A stretch of 64,000 nt of DNA from Minisyncoccota bacterium (GCA_041661645.1 JBAZUA010000001.1:192189-256188); one strand, 5' to 3'. Counted from the stretch's first letter, positions 8,949 through 18,504 are shown. Program-made: numbers and translations. The notes: a model not told the origin generated them from the letters alone.

Positions 8949-9198
8949 AATCTCGTCTCGAACGCCGGTAACGGCGTGTCCTACTTCTCGGTCAACCCAT
9001 CGGACTCCACCGGCCCACAGTTCAAAAGACTCAGCTCGTTCCTGACAGCGATACGGTCTTTCTCTAGTGCGACCGGCGCCCAAATCCTGTCAGTCACGCC
9101 AGTTGGCGAATGCGTGATGATAAAAGGAGAACCCGCATACATCGGAGTCGTGGTCACCCACACTCCCCCGCTCATGTAACATTCCCGCCCTGAAACCA

Positions 9199-9230
9199 AA
9201 GACGCGCCCCATCCGGTGCGTCTTTTTTTA
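9199..9230 (+). terminator. Intrinsic terminator (gacgcgcc-ccatcc-ggtgcgtc plus T7)
   Basis: Hairpin followed by tttttttta. Reverse orientation gives a weaker terminator for the convergent 9228..10046 gene. Confidence 0.5.
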
Positions 9231-10046
9231 TTTCTTCAATTTATAGAAAACCTTGTTACCCGCGTCGAGCCTCATGTAGTCGAGCTTCGAGAGGAAATCT
9301 GCCTGGGTCTTGGCGATGGTGGCATCGCCCAAAATGGACGAGATGTTCGCGAGGACGCTCGACAGGTCGTCGCCCGTGTCGATGATGAGGGTTCCGCCGC
9401 CGCCCAGGATGACGGTCATGTATCCCGCCTCACCCATGACGGCCTCGCGGGGATCGACGCCCAGGGTGACGAGCTCGTGCAGGAAGAACTGTATGCCCTT
9501 GAACTCTGCAGGCGTGCCGAAGAGGCTCTTCCCGAGGGGGTCGGAAGTCGTTGAGTCCCTGTAGGCGATCATGGTCGAGTCGTCGGACGGCGAGAAGACG
9601 AAGCCGTTCTCGTCGACCGCGAAGCACTGGGAGGAGTCGCCCTCCTTGCCCGAGCAGAATCGCGCCACTTCCTGTCGCTCCTCGACGGATATGGAAAGCG
9701 CCGTCAGACCGTCCCTGCCCACGTCGACGGACTTGATGATCGGCTCGCCCAAGAGCGCGGAACTGATGGCGTTGTGGGGATAAAGGAAGTCCGCACGCCT
9801 CGAGAACACGTACATATAATTGCCATCGAGGAGGGTGTTTGCGATGCCCGTTATATACGTCTCGGAAAGGCGTTTGTTTCCCGCCACGCTCACCTCACCT
9901 ATAGTCACGAAACCCGCATGGGAGAGAAAGGCGAATCCCGTCACGACGAGGGCCACGGCAAAGAAAATCGAGAGCGATACGAGAAGAAGCCTCTTCCTCT
10001 TCTTGGCTATTATCTTCCTCTGATGGACCCTGACATTGCCGCGCAT
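9228..10046 (-). CDS. FtsQ/DivIB-like cell division protein (single N-terminal TM, POTRA-like region)
   Basis: Basic N-terminus, one TM helix, then an extracytoplasmic domain with beta-rich segments. FtsQ-like length and architecture. Weak sequence signal. Confidence 0.45.
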   Translation of the reverse strand: MRGNVRVHQRKIIAKKRKRLLLVSLSIFFAVALVVTGFAFLSHAGFVTIGEVSVAGNKRLSETYITGIANTLLDGNYMYVFSRRADFLYPHNAISSALLGEPIIKSVDVGRDGLTALSISVEERQEVARFCSGKEGDSSQCFAVDENGFVFSPSDDSTMIAYRDSTTSDPLGKSLFGTPAEFKGIQFFLHELVTLGVDPREAVMGEAGYMTVILGGGGTLIIDTGDDLSSVLANISSILGDATIAKTQADFLSKLDYMRLDAGNKVFYKLKK

Positions 10047-10054
10047 GGGCTCTA

Positions 10055-11317
10055 TTATTTGGTTATGAGATCGCTTCCGAAGTATGGCTTGAGGGCCTCA
10101 GGAACGCGGACGGACCCGTCGGCCTGCTGATTGTTCTCGATGAGGGAGACGAGGATGCGGGGCGTCGGTATGGCGGTGCAGTTCAAAGAGTGCGCATACT
10201 TCATCTTGCCCTCGGCATCGCGATAGCGGGTGTTGAAACGCCTACACTGGAAGTCATGGAAATACGATGCGGACGATATCTCGCGATACTTGCCCTCCTT
10301 GGGAACCCAGAGCTCGATGTCGTACTTCTTGACCTGACCGAGGCCGAGGTCGCCGCCGCAGTTGATGACGGTGTGATACGGAATGCCGAGGGACTCGATG
10401 AACTCCTCGGTGTTGCGATTGAGCTCGTCATGGAGCCTAACTGACGTCTCGTGCGATGCCTCGCAGAGGATGACCTGCTCGAGCTTGTAGAACTCGTGCA
10501 CGCGAATGAGTCCCTTCACGTCCTTTGAATGGCTGCCCGCCTCGCGACGGAAACATGGGGAGAAGCCGAGGTACTTCTTTGGAAGATCCTTGGCGTCGAG
10601 CACCTCCTCGGCATGCATTGCCATGAGGGGAACCTCGGCGGTTCCGGCGAGAACGTCGCCGTCCTGGGTCATGTAGAAGTCCTCGACGTCACCGGGAAGG
10701 TGCGCGGTGCCATAGAGGTTCTGCTTGCGCACGATGACGGGAGGGATGACCGGGGTGAATCCCCTCTTCGAGAAGAAGTCCATGGCATACATCCAGATGG
10801 CGAACGAGAGTCGCGCCCCAGCGCCCGTCAGATAGTATCCGCGGAAGCCATGGGCCTTGGCGCCGCGCTCGAAGTCGACCATGTTGAGGGCCGTCATGAT
10901 CTCGACGTGGTCCTTCGGCTCGAAGGCAAAGGCGGGCTTGTCGCCCCACACCTTCACCTCCCTGTTGTCCGCGTCGGTCGCGCCGTCGGGAACGGACATG
11001 TCGGGGATGTTTGGCACCTGGAGCATGAGGCCCTGCCACTCCTTCATTATCTCCTTGATCGACTCTTCCTCCGCCTGAAGCTCTACCTTGAGCTTCTTCA
11101 TGGACTCGAGCAAGGTCGCCTTCATCGCGGCATCAACCGATGGGAGCTTGGCCGAGACGGCGTTCTGCTCGGCGCGCTTGGCCTCGATGGAGGTGAGAAG
11201 GGTCTTCCTCTTCTCGTCGAGGTCAACGAGTCGGTCTATGTCGATGACGACGTGCTTCTTCTGCGCGCCGGCCTTGACGAGGTCTTTGTTGTCCCTGATG
11301 AATTTGATGTCGAGCAT
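10055..11317 (-). CDS. serS: Seryl-tRNA synthetase
   Basis: N-terminal coiled-coil (MLDIKFIRDN...). Class II motifs FRREAGSHSKDVKGLIRVHEF and GSASYFHDFQCRR. Confidence 0.9.
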   Translation of the reverse strand: MLDIKFIRDNKDLVKAGAQKKHVVIDIDRLVDLDEKRKTLLTSIEAKRAEQNAVSAKLPSVDAAMKATLLESMKKLKVELQAEEESIKEIMKEWQGLMLQVPNIPDMSVPDGATDADNREVKVWGDKPAFAFEPKDHVEIMTALNMVDFERGAKAHGFRGYYLTGAGARLSFAIWMYAMDFFSKRGFTPVIPPVIVRKQNLYGTAHLPGDVEDFYMTQDGDVLAGTAEVPLMAMHAEEVLDAKDLPKKYLGFSPCFRREAGSHSKDVKGLIRVHEFYKLEQVILCEASHETSVRLHDELNRNTEEFIESLGIPYHTVINCGGDLGLGQVKKYDIELWVPKEGKYREISSASYFHDFQCRRFNTRYRDAEGKMKYAHSLNCTAIPTPRILVSLIENNQQADGSVRVPEALKPYFGSDLITK

Positions 11318-11396
11318 GGTGTTATGGGGTATTTGAGGAATATTTCAGGAAACCTTGAGGCTCCCTAAAGCTTCCTGATGATACACTAATTTTCCC

Positions 11397-12287
11397 ATGG
11401 ATTCCATACACGACAACGATTCAGGAACGCGCGAGATAGGCCCGGGAGATTTTCCCGGACTGCTCTCGTCTATGCCAAATCCGCCAGCCTTCCTGAGGAT
11501 TCGGGGCCCTCTGCCTCCCTCGACCGCGACGCACACCTACATAACGGTCATCGGATCGCGCAAATATACGGACTATGGCAAAGAGGCCTGCGAGACGCTG
11601 GTAAAGAGCCTGGCGGGATTGCCGGTGGTGATCGTCTCGGGCCTCGCCCTCGGCATGGATTCGATAGCACACAGGGCAGCCCTTAAATACGGAATGGGGA
11701 CCATCGCCATTCCCGGCTCGGGACTCGACGAGGAGTTCCTCTATCCGGCAAGCCATGTCAATCTGGCCCGCGAGATAGTGGCCGCGGGCGGGGCGCTCAT
11801 CTCTCCGTTTCCCGATGATACGCCCGCGGCCATCTGGACCTTCCCAAAACGGAACGCCATCATGGCAGGAATATCAAAGGCGACGCTCGTCATCGAGGCC
11901 GAGATAAAGTCAGGGACGCTCATCACCTCAAAGCTCGCCACCGACTATAACCGTGACGTATTCGCCGTACCCGGCTCCATATTCTCGAAGCAAAGCGAGG
12001 GGCCGCACATGCTCATACGCCTCGGCGCGACGCCCATCAGGAACGGGGACGACCTGCGCGACGCGCTCGGCTTCCCTCCCGAACGCGCATCAACGCCGAT
12101 ACACGAACGCACCGATCTCTCACCCGAAGAACTGCGCCTCGCCACGATCATCGCCGTCGAACCCGTGTCGCGCGAAGAGCTCTTCTCCCGCTTTGGCGGC
12201 GACATAAGCGACTTCAACGCCCTGATTTCCCTTCTCGAAATAAAAGAAGTGGCGGTAGAAAAAGAAGGGCGGATTATGCCCCTCTAA
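11397..12287 (+). CDS. dprA: DNA-processing protein DprA (Smf)
   Basis: Rossmann-like DprA core VIVSGLALGMDSIAHRAALKYGMGTIAIPGSGLD...VPGSIFS. Confidence 0.85.
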   Translation: MDSIHDNDSGTREIGPGDFPGLLSSMPNPPAFLRIRGPLPPSTATHTYITVIGSRKYTDYGKEACETLVKSLAGLPVVIVSGLALGMDSIAHRAALKYGMGTIAIPGSGLDEEFLYPASHVNLAREIVAAGGALISPFPDDTPAAIWTFPKRNAIMAGISKATLVIEAEIKSGTLITSKLATDYNRDVFAVPGSIFSKQSEGPHMLIRLGATPIRNGDDLRDALGFPPERASTPIHERTDLSPEELRLATIIAVEPVSREELFSRFGGDISDFNALISLLEIKEVAVEKEGRIMPL

Positions 12288-12317
12288 TTTGCCAAACTTT
12301 TTCCTTTCATGTAATAC

Positions 12318-14645
12318 TTGCCACAATATATGTCCAAACTACTCATAGTCGAGTCCCCGGCAAAGGCCAAAACCATCGGAAAATACCTCGGTGACGGCTA
12401 TACCGTAGTCGCATCCATCGGGCACGTCCGCGACCTCCCGAAGTCCAACAAGAAGGCCATCGACATCGACCACGGCTTCAAACCGCACTACGAGGTGTCC
12501 CCCGGAAAGGACTCCGTCCTGTCCGACATATCGCGCCTCGCCAAGAAGTCCGACGAAATACTGCTCGCGACCGACCCCGACCGCGAGGGAGAGGCAATCG
12601 CTTGGCACATCGCCGAGGCGGTGAACTTCGGGAAGAAGCCCGTCCGCCGCGTCGTGTTCCACGAGATCACCAAGGACGCCATCATCGAGGCGCTCACCCA
12701 CCCCCGCGACATAGACCAGAACCTGCGCCAGGCGCAGGAGGCGCGACGCGTGCTCGACAGGCTCGTGGGATACGACCTCTCGGGCGTCATCTGGAAGAAG
12801 GTTCGCTACGGCCTCTCGGCGGGCCGCGTCCAGTCCCCCGCCCTCCGCATCATCATGGAGCGCGAGCGGGAGATTCGTGCCTTCAAACCCGAGACCTATT
12901 GGACCATCTCCGCGGAAACCAAAACTGAGAAGACTTCGGCGAAACCGAGCGAGACGCTCGCCCTCAACTGCTCCATCGAGCCTCGCGAGAAGGCCGAGGT
13001 GGATCGCATACTCAAGACGGGCAAGGCCGAAGAGTGGGAGGTCGTATCGGTTGACGAGACCGAGGCCAAACGCAGCCCGAAGGCCCCCTTCACCACCTCG
13101 ACCCTTCAGCAGGCGGCCTCGACCCGCCTCGGCTATTCCCCATCGCGCACCATGTCCGTCGCCCAGAGACTCTACGAGGCGGGACTCATCAGCTACATGC
13201 GAACCGACTCGACCAACCTCTCGCAGCAGGCCATCGGGCAAATCGCCTCATATATAGAGAAGGAATACGGCAAGGCATCGGTCAACCTCCGCACCTTTAC
13301 CGCAAAATCAAAGAACGCCCAGGAAGCCCACGAGGCAGTCAGGCCAACGACCATATCCAAAAAGAGCGCGGGAGCGAATCCCGAGCAGGTCGCCCTTTAC
13401 GGGCTCATCTGGGCCCGCACCGTCGCGTCGCAGATGGTCGACGCCCGCATACTCCGCACCAAGATAGTGGCGAACACCGTCACCAAGAGCATTCCCGACT
13501 TCCATGCCAACGGCACCAGGCTCGTATCGACGGGCTGGCTCGCCGTGGACCCCGGCGCCCGAGGCGAGGACGTCGAGCTCCCAAAGGTCACCGCCGGAGA
13601 GAAGCTCGAACTCGTATCCCTCGACTCCCTCGAGAAGCAGACCGAGCCGCCTGGCCGATATTCCGAGGCGGGACTCATCAAGGAACTCGAGAAGCGCGGC
13701 ATCGGACGGCCCTCCACCTACGCCTCGATCCTTCGCACCCTCGAGGAGCGCGAGTACGTCACCAAGGAGAACAAGGCCCTCAAGCCGACCGACACGGGCG
13801 ACGTGGTGTCGTCATTCCTCGAGGAGCATTTCGGCCCGTACATAAGCGACACCTTCACCGCCGAGATGGAGGACAAGCTCGACAAGATCGCCGAGGGGCT
13901 GATGGGCTACGAGAAGACCCTCTCCGATTTCTACAAGCCGTTTTCGAAGGACGTGAAGATAAAGGACGCGCTCGACAAGGCCACAACCCTTGGCGATGCC
14001 GATGCAAAGTTCAAATGCCCCACCTGCGGATCATCCATGATTGTGAAGCTCGGGCGGGCCGGCAAGTTCCTATCGTGCTCCCGCTACCCTGACTGCGCCG
14101 GCGCGCTCATGCTCGACGGCACCGAGGTCCCGAAGGACCGCATTGTCGGCACGCATCCGGACACAGGTCTCGACATCACCGTAAAGTCCGGACGCTTCGG
14201 CCCGTACGTGCAGATGGGAGAAACGATCAAGGCCCCTAAAAAGCCCCGCAAGAAGAAGCCTACTAAAAAAGAGCTGGCTAAACTCGCAGCCGACCTTGCA
14301 GCGGGCATTGCCCCAGCCGCCGCCTCGACCAGCGCGGAACCAGAGATCGTCGGTCAGAAGGCAAAGATGGCATCCATTCCAAAGGAGATCGACCCGACCT
14401 CAATCACCCTCGCCCAGGCCGTTCACCTGCTCACCCTTCCCCGACGCCTCGGCACCCATCCCGTGACGGAAAAAGTAATCACCGCGAACATCGGACGCTT
14501 CGGACCCTACATAGTCCATGACGGAGACTTCCGCTCGGTCAAGAAGCCTGACGATGTGTATACCATCAGCCTCGGGCGCGCGCTCGACATGCTCAAGGAG
14601 GAAAAGAAGAAGCGTGGATGGAGGGCGAAGAAGAAAGCGGAATAA
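12318..14645 (+). CDS. topA: DNA topoisomerase I
   Basis: TOPRIM domain LLIVESPAKAKTIGKYL. Active-site region and C-terminal zinc ribbons (CPTCGSSM...CSRYPDC). The true start is probably the internal ATG near 12328. Confidence 0.9.
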   Translation: MPQYMSKLLIVESPAKAKTIGKYLGDGYTVVASIGHVRDLPKSNKKAIDIDHGFKPHYEVSPGKDSVLSDISRLAKKSDEILLATDPDREGEAIAWHIAEAVNFGKKPVRRVVFHEITKDAIIEALTHPRDIDQNLRQAQEARRVLDRLVGYDLSGVIWKKVRYGLSAGRVQSPALRIIMEREREIRAFKPETYWTISAETKTEKTSAKPSETLALNCSIEPREKAEVDRILKTGKAEEWEVVSVDETEAKRSPKAPFTTSTLQQAASTRLGYSPSRTMSVAQRLYEAGLISYMRTDSTNLSQQAIGQIASYIEKEYGKASVNLRTFTAKSKNAQEAHEAVRPTTISKKSAGANPEQVALYGLIWARTVASQMVDARILRTKIVANTVTKSIPDFHANGTRLVSTGWLAVDPGARGEDVELPKVTAGEKLELVSLDSLEKQTEPPGRYSEAGLIKELEKRGIGRPSTYASILRTLEEREYVTKENKALKPTDTGDVVSSFLEEHFGPYISDTFTAEMEDKLDKIAEGLMGYEKTLSDFYKPFSKDVKIKDALDKATTLGDADAKFKCPTCGSSMIVKLGRAGKFLSCSRYPDCAGALMLDGTEVPKDRIVGTHPDTGLDITVKSGRFGPYVQMGETIKAPKKPRKKKPTKKELAKLAADLAAGIAPAAASTSAEPEIVGQKAKMASIPKEIDPTSITLAQAVHLLTLPRRLGTHPVTEKVITANIGRFGPYIVHDGDFRSVKKPDDVYTISLGRALDMLKEEKKKRGWRAKKKAE

Positions 14646-14647
14646 GG

Positions 14648-14687
14648 CCACGAAAAACACCTCAATCGATTGAGGTGTTTTTCGTGG
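14648..14687. terminator. Perfect 20+20 palindrome CCACGAAAAACACCTCAATC|GATTGAGGTGTTTTTCGTGG (copy 2 of the repeated hairpin element); bidirectional terminator after topA
   Basis: Seen directly. Shares its core with the 6828 and 47648 copies. Confidence 0.6.
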
Positions 14688-14724
14688 ACAGATACGGACA
14701 GACATTCAGACGAAATCATACTTA

Positions 14725-14753
14725 TTGACAATAACCATATTTAGGTGTATAAG
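14725..14753 (+). promoter_or_regulatory. Sigma70-type promoter TTGACA-17-TATAAG placed 9 nt before ATG 14763
   Basis: The consensus -35 and -10 with 17-nt spacer end 9 nt before the start codon. There is no room for an SD, so the mRNA is likely leaderless. Confidence 0.55.
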
Positions 14754-14762
14754 CTATGACGA

Positions 14763-15068
14763 ATGCCCTCCTACAAAAAGCCATCTGATTCTAAAATAGT
14801 AGTCCGAGCCCTCCCGAAACCGTTTGCAGACGCGAACGGTTTCCAGGAATGGCTCCGCCAGCAGAAAGCGAACATCGCGCCGCGAAACCGCATTCCGGGA
14901 GCATGGCTCGACCAGCTCCCGAAGCTCGGACACGGCATCATCGTCCGCTGGGCGGACCACAAGCCGCTGCCGGTCCGTCTGGCGGGAGAACGAGTGTGGT
15001 TCAAGCCGTTCAAAAGCGGCCTTCCCCAGGGTCAGATGATAGCGCTTGAAATACCTCGTGCCGCCTGA
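14763..15068 (+). CDS. Small hypothetical protein, paralog 1 of a tandem triplet
   Basis: 101 aa. Shares an ...E.WL..Q... / GxGIIxRxI pattern with the next two ORFs. It has its own promoter and terminator. Confidence 0.5.
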   Translation: MPSYKKPSDSKIVVRALPKPFADANGFQEWLRQQKANIAPRNRIPGAWLDQLPKLGHGIIVRWADHKPLPVRLAGERVWFKPFKSGLPQGQMIALEIPRAA

Positions 15069-15092
15069 TCGGCCCTGGTCAGTGCCAGCATA

Positions 15093-15127
15093 AAGGGCGC
15101 GTTCCAAGGAACGCGCCCTTTCTTCTT
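15093..15127 (+). terminator. Intrinsic terminator (gggcgcgttcc-aagg-aacgcgccc plus tttcttctt)
   Basis: Seen directly. Confidence 0.55.
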
Positions 15128-15156
15128 GACTACGAGCGAGCTTGATGCAATATAGA
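15126..15156 (+). promoter_or_regulatory. Sigma70-type promoter TTGACT-19-TATAGA placed 8 nt before ATG 15165
   Basis: Same TTGACTA...gcaaTAT...ACACAAA architecture as the promoter before paralog 3. Confidence 0.45.
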
Positions 15157-15164
15157 CACAAACC

Positions 15165-15524
15165 ATGAACTTTGTATCCATAAAGACGACACCCATCAAC
15201 CTGCGCGACGTCGGGCGACTCGAGACATGGCTTCGAATGCAGAATCTGGAGGTGGCCCTCGATCAGGACATGCCCGAGGACTGGAAAGGCATCCTCGAGA
15301 TGAAGCACGGCTGCATAGTCAGGCGCATCATCTATGGGGAGCCGACAAAGCGCCAGAAATCAGTCGGATTTGAGCTGGTCCCGGGAGACATCATCCTCGG
15401 AACGATATCTCGGGAGGGCTATGTGCCCCTGATTTCCAATCACGAAATCCTCATACCCGAGGGACAGCTCGTGCTCGTCAAAAAGAGACGTCGAATCCCG
15501 AAGATTAACAAAGCCACCCCATAA
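15165..15524 (+). CDS. Small hypothetical protein, paralog 2 of a tandem triplet
   Basis: 119 aa. Recognisable similarity to paralogs 1 and 3 (LETWLRMQ..., GCIVRRIIYGEP). Confidence 0.5.
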   Translation: MNFVSIKTTPINLRDVGRLETWLRMQNLEVALDQDMPEDWKGILEMKHGCIVRRIIYGEPTKRQKSVGFELVPGDIILGTISREGYVPLISNHEILIPEGQLVLVKKRRRIPKINKATP

Positions 15525-15537
15525 GGGCGGCTTTTTC

Positions 15538-15568
15538 TTGACTAAGAAACTTTTTCGGGCAATATGTG
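15538..15568 (+). promoter_or_regulatory. Sigma70-type promoter TTGACT-19-TATGTG placed 6 nt before ATG 15575
   Basis: The leader is almost identical to the one before paralog 2 (gcaaTATrkrACACAAAy). Confidence 0.45.
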
Positions 15569-15574
15569 ACACAA

Positions 15575-15922
15575 ATGATCATCACACGAACCTTGTCCAT
15601 CATCGTCAAAACGCCGCAGGAACTCGAGAAGTGGCTCGACGAGCAATCCTTCGAGGGCAAACCCCTCAGACTCGCCACCAATCATGATGTCCCCGCAGAC
15701 CAGTATCACGAACTGATATCGAAAGGCAGGGGCATAATCGCCAATTTCATACCGATGAGCCACGGCGGCGGGCCGCGAAATCCGTCCCTGCCGCTCGGCT
15801 TCGAGCCTGTTGCGGGGAAAGCAAGGTTGAGCCTCATCAGCATCGGGACGGCCGTTCCCCTGCTGTTCGAGGTCTGGGGACCGCTCACCGAGGAGCAGGC
15901 GGTTGTCCTCATCGGCACATAG
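15575..15922 (+). CDS. Small hypothetical protein, paralog 3 of a tandem triplet
   Basis: The ORF track starts at GTG 15566, which overlaps the -10 box, so ATG 15575 was chosen. The protein is MIITRTLSIIVKTPQELEKWLDEQ...GRGIIANFIPM. A terminator follows at 15949-15980. Confidence 0.5.
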   Translation: MIITRTLSIIVKTPQELEKWLDEQSFEGKPLRLATNHDVPADQYHELISKGRGIIANFIPMSHGGGPRNPSLPLGFEPVAGKARLSLISIGTAVPLLFEVWGPLTEEQAVVLIGT

Positions 15923-16000
15923 CCCAATCCGGCACTTAGGAAAAAGCAAAGCCGCCCCACATCTGGGACGGCTTTTTTATATGCAACGGGCCTAACGGCT

Positions 16001-17026
16001 CTAGAGGGAAAAATTGTTTATCGAATACAGCCCCTCCTCGTTCTCACCCTCCTTTTTCTCCTCGACGGAACGATCGTCCGCGGGAGCAAGAGGCTCTTCA
16101 ACCGCTGGTTCGCCGGCCGCGACGACGTCAGACGCAACGACCGCGGCGGCAAGTGACGATACCTCGGGCTTCGCCACGGACGCGCCTCCCCTGTTCGTCT
16201 CCATGATGTTCATGATGGCCTTCAGGTCCTCGGGCGAGAAGAAGTCGATGGTGATCTTGCCCCCCTTCAATTTCTGCTCGATGGACACGCGCGTGCCGAA
16301 AGTCTCGGAGAGCTTCTGCTCGATCTCGATGATCTCGGGATCGAATGTCCTCTCCTTCTTGCGGGCCTTCTCGACGGCGATCTTGCGCGCGATCATCTCG
16401 GCCTCGCGGACGGTGAGGCGCTTGAAGATGATCTCCTTGAAGAGGGTTGACTGCTCCTCGGGACGATCGACGAGCATCATGAGCGGTCGGGCGTGGCCCT
16501 CGGATATCTTGCCCTGGGAGAGGGCCTCGAGTATGTCGGCGGGAAGCATCAGAATGCGAATCGAGTTCGAGACGTACTCGCGGGACTTGCCTATCTTTGC
16601 GGCGACTTGGACGTGCTTGAGACCAAACTCGGTGACGAGCTGCTGGAACGAGCGGGCGCGCTCGACGGGATTCAAATCCTCGCGTTGTAAGTTCTCGATG
16701 ATGGCAAGCTCGAGCTTGACCCGGGCGTCGTCGGTGTTGGCGCGGATGATGGCGGGAACCTGCTGGAGGCCGAGGAGCTTGGAGGCGCGGAGGCGTCGCT
16801 CACCGGAGATGAGCTCATACTCGACGGCAAGGCCGCCGTCCTCCTTCTGCTTTTCCGTGCGCGTCACGACGAGCGGCTGGAGCAATCCATACATGCGAAT
16901 CGATTCGGCGAGGGACGCGAGGGCGGCCTGATCAAACTCCCTGCGTGGCTGATAGGGGTTCGGGCTTATCTTGCTCGTCTCTATCCAGAATATGGAGTCG
17001 CCGGAGAACTGTGAGGGTTGTGACAT
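16001..17026 (-). CDS. parB: Chromosome partitioning protein ParB/Spo0J
   Basis: ParB box GERRLRA, HTH region, and an N-terminal ParB/Srx fold (PNPYQPRREFD). Confidence 0.85.
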   Translation of the reverse strand: MSQPSQFSGDSIFWIETSKISPNPYQPRREFDQAALASLAESIRMYGLLQPLVVTRTEKQKEDGGLAVEYELISGERRLRASKLLGLQQVPAIIRANTDDARVKLELAIIENLQREDLNPVERARSFQQLVTEFGLKHVQVAAKIGKSREYVSNSIRILMLPADILEALSQGKISEGHARPLMMLVDRPEEQSTLFKEIIFKRLTVREAEMIARKIAVEKARKKERTFDPEIIEIEQKLSETFGTRVSIEQKLKGGKITIDFFSPEDLKAIMNIMETNRGGASVAKPEVSSLAAAVVASDVVAAGEPAVEEPLAPADDRSVEEKKEGENEEGLYSINNFSL

Positions 17027-17140
17027 GTGTTGGTGGGTTATGCGCTGATTTTATCACACTCCCCGCCCCGCAAAAAATACCGCGCCCCTTAATTGAGAAA
17101 AAGGCAATTCTGGTGTAAGTTGGTGGGGCGCGGAACTCAT

Positions 17141-17224
17141 TGCCGGAGTGGCGGAACTGGTCAGACGCGCACGACTCAAAATCGTGTATCGAAAGGTGTG
17201 TGGGTTCGACTCCCACCTCCGGCA
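17141..17224 (+). tRNA. tRNA-Leu (anticodon CAA), long variable arm, no encoded CCA
   Basis: Acceptor GCCGGAG/CTCCGGC. Anticodon stem-loop CACGA-CTCAAAA-TCGTG. Variable arm TATCGAAAGGTGTGT. T-arm GTGGG-TTCGACT-CCCAC. Confidence 0.75.
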
Positions 17225-17225
17225 C

Positions 17226-17260
17226 AAAAAAGGCCCGTCTTCAGACGGGCCGATAAAAAA
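17226..17260 (-). terminator. Intrinsic terminator for the 17267..17506 gene
   Basis: ggcccgtc-ttca-gacgggcc hairpin followed by a T-run on the minus strand. Confidence 0.5.
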
Positions 17261-17266
17261 GAAACT

Positions 17267-17506
17267 TCACTGAACTCCCGGAGGACCATCGCCCCACTCC
17301 TTGAGCGCCTCAGCGTGAGCCGCCTCGAGCATCCTAATCAAATCAGGCATTCCGTTGACGCGCTTGAGGTCGATGCTTTCTTTAAGTCGCGCCCCGATGG
17401 CACGGACCTCCTCAACCCTTCCAACGCTTTTCTTTGACACCAGGACGAAAAAGGACGCCTTCCTGTGAGCAGGATCGGTTCTCTTGAACTCAACTTGAGA
17501 TAGCAT
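17267..17506 (-). CDS. Small hypothetical protein (79 aa)
   Basis: SD AGGAG lies 9 nt upstream of ATG 17506. A terminator lies downstream. Confidence 0.45.
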   Translation of the reverse strand: MLSQVEFKRTDPAHRKASFFVLVSKKSVGRVEEVRAIGARLKESIDLKRVNGMPDLIRMLEAAHAEALKEWGDGPPGVQ

Positions 17507-17574
17507 ACTAAGGTTCTCCTAAATAGCGGGTTATGGTTGCAAATCCCTTTCAGTCCTGATATTACTGGGTTCTC

Positions 17575-18504
17575 ATGAAAAGGCAAACGCCGAAAACCCT
17601 CCCCAAGATAATCGTCGTCCTCGGCCCCACCGCAACGGGCAAGAGCGACCTTGCCGTCCATCTCGCACTAAAATTCAACGGCGAGATCATTTCCGCCGAC
17701 TCGAGGCAGGTATACAGGGGCATGGACATCGGCTCAGGCAAGATAACCGAGACAGAGACGAAAGGTGTCCCCCATCACCTGCTCGACGTCGCCGACCCGC
17801 GCAAGAGGGTCTATAACGCGGACGAGTTTCGTAAGGATGGCGCCGCGGCTATCACCGACATACTGTCACGCGGGAGGCTCCCCATCATCGCGGGCGGCAC
17901 GGGCTTCTACATCGACGCGCTTGTCTCGGGCGAGGTGTTTCCCGAGGTCGCTCCCGACCAAAAGCTCCGTGACAGGCTCGCAAAGAAATCGGCGACGGCT
18001 CTCATGAAGGAAATCTCAAGGCTGGACCCTCGCCGTGCCAGGGCCCTCGATCCCCTGAACAAGGTCCGAATCATACGCGCCATCGAGATCGCCCGCACAC
18101 TGGGTTCCGTGCCCAAGGTTAAGTCACGAAAGCTCTACGAAACCCTCTACATCGGCCTCAACCTGCCGACGGAACGACTTCGCGAGAGGATACACCTTCG
18201 CCTGATGAAGAGAATGGAGGGAGGCAAGATGGTCCGCGAGATATCGCGCTTGCGCACGAGCGGCATGACCTGGAAGCGCCTCTTCGCGCTCGGCCTCGAA
18301 TACCGATACCTGTCACTCTATCTCCGAAAGAGGCTTTCAAAGGAAGAGATGCTCCTGGAACTCGAGAAAGAGATAGCCCAGTACGCCCGAAGGCAGATGC
18401 AATGGTTCAAGAGGAACGAGAACGTCACATGGCTCTCGCCGGGAGAGAACGCGAAAGCAGCCCAGAAGGCGAGAAAGTTCCTCTCGACCGACAAATCTTT
18501 ATAA
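17575..18504 (+). CDS. miaA: tRNA dimethylallyltransferase
   Basis: P-loop GPTATGKS. The motif segments DSRQVYRGMDIGSGK, LLDV, and ...IIAGGTGFY.... Confidence 0.9.
   Translation: MKRQTPKTLPKIIVVLGPTATGKSDLAVHLALKFNGEIISADSRQVYRGMDIGSGKITETETKGVPHHLLDVADPRKRVYNADEFRKDGAAAITDILSRGRLPIIAGGTGFYIDALVSGEVFPEVAPDQKLRDRLAKKSATALMKEISRLDPRRARALDPLNKVRIIRAIEIARTLGSVPKVKSRKLYETLYIGLNLPTERLRERIHLRLMKRMEGGKMVREISRLRTSGMTWKRLFALGLEYRYLSLYLRKRLSKEEMLLELEKEIAQYARRQMQWFKRNENVTWLSPGENAKAAQKARKFLSTDKSL

Noticed and set aside
8976-9199. Two overlapping small ORFs (67 aa on the plus strand with a GTG start, 72 aa on the minus strand) upstream of the 9199-9230 terminator.
   Set aside because: They are mutually exclusive and neither has a recognisable start context or motif. 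Only the terminator is supported.
12339-13241. 300-aa minus-strand ORF antisense to topA. Similar long antisense ORFs occur opposite dnaX, dus, serS, parB, clpB, infB, gyrA, ftsZ, trxB and the 33628-34605 gene (for example 16014-16931, 25259-26596, 54968-56038, 57063-57797, 33988-34593).
   Set aside because: These are high-GC shadow ORFs lying entirely inside well-supported genes on the other strand. Their products are Arg/Pro/Ser/Ala-rich low-complexity sequences with no motifs.
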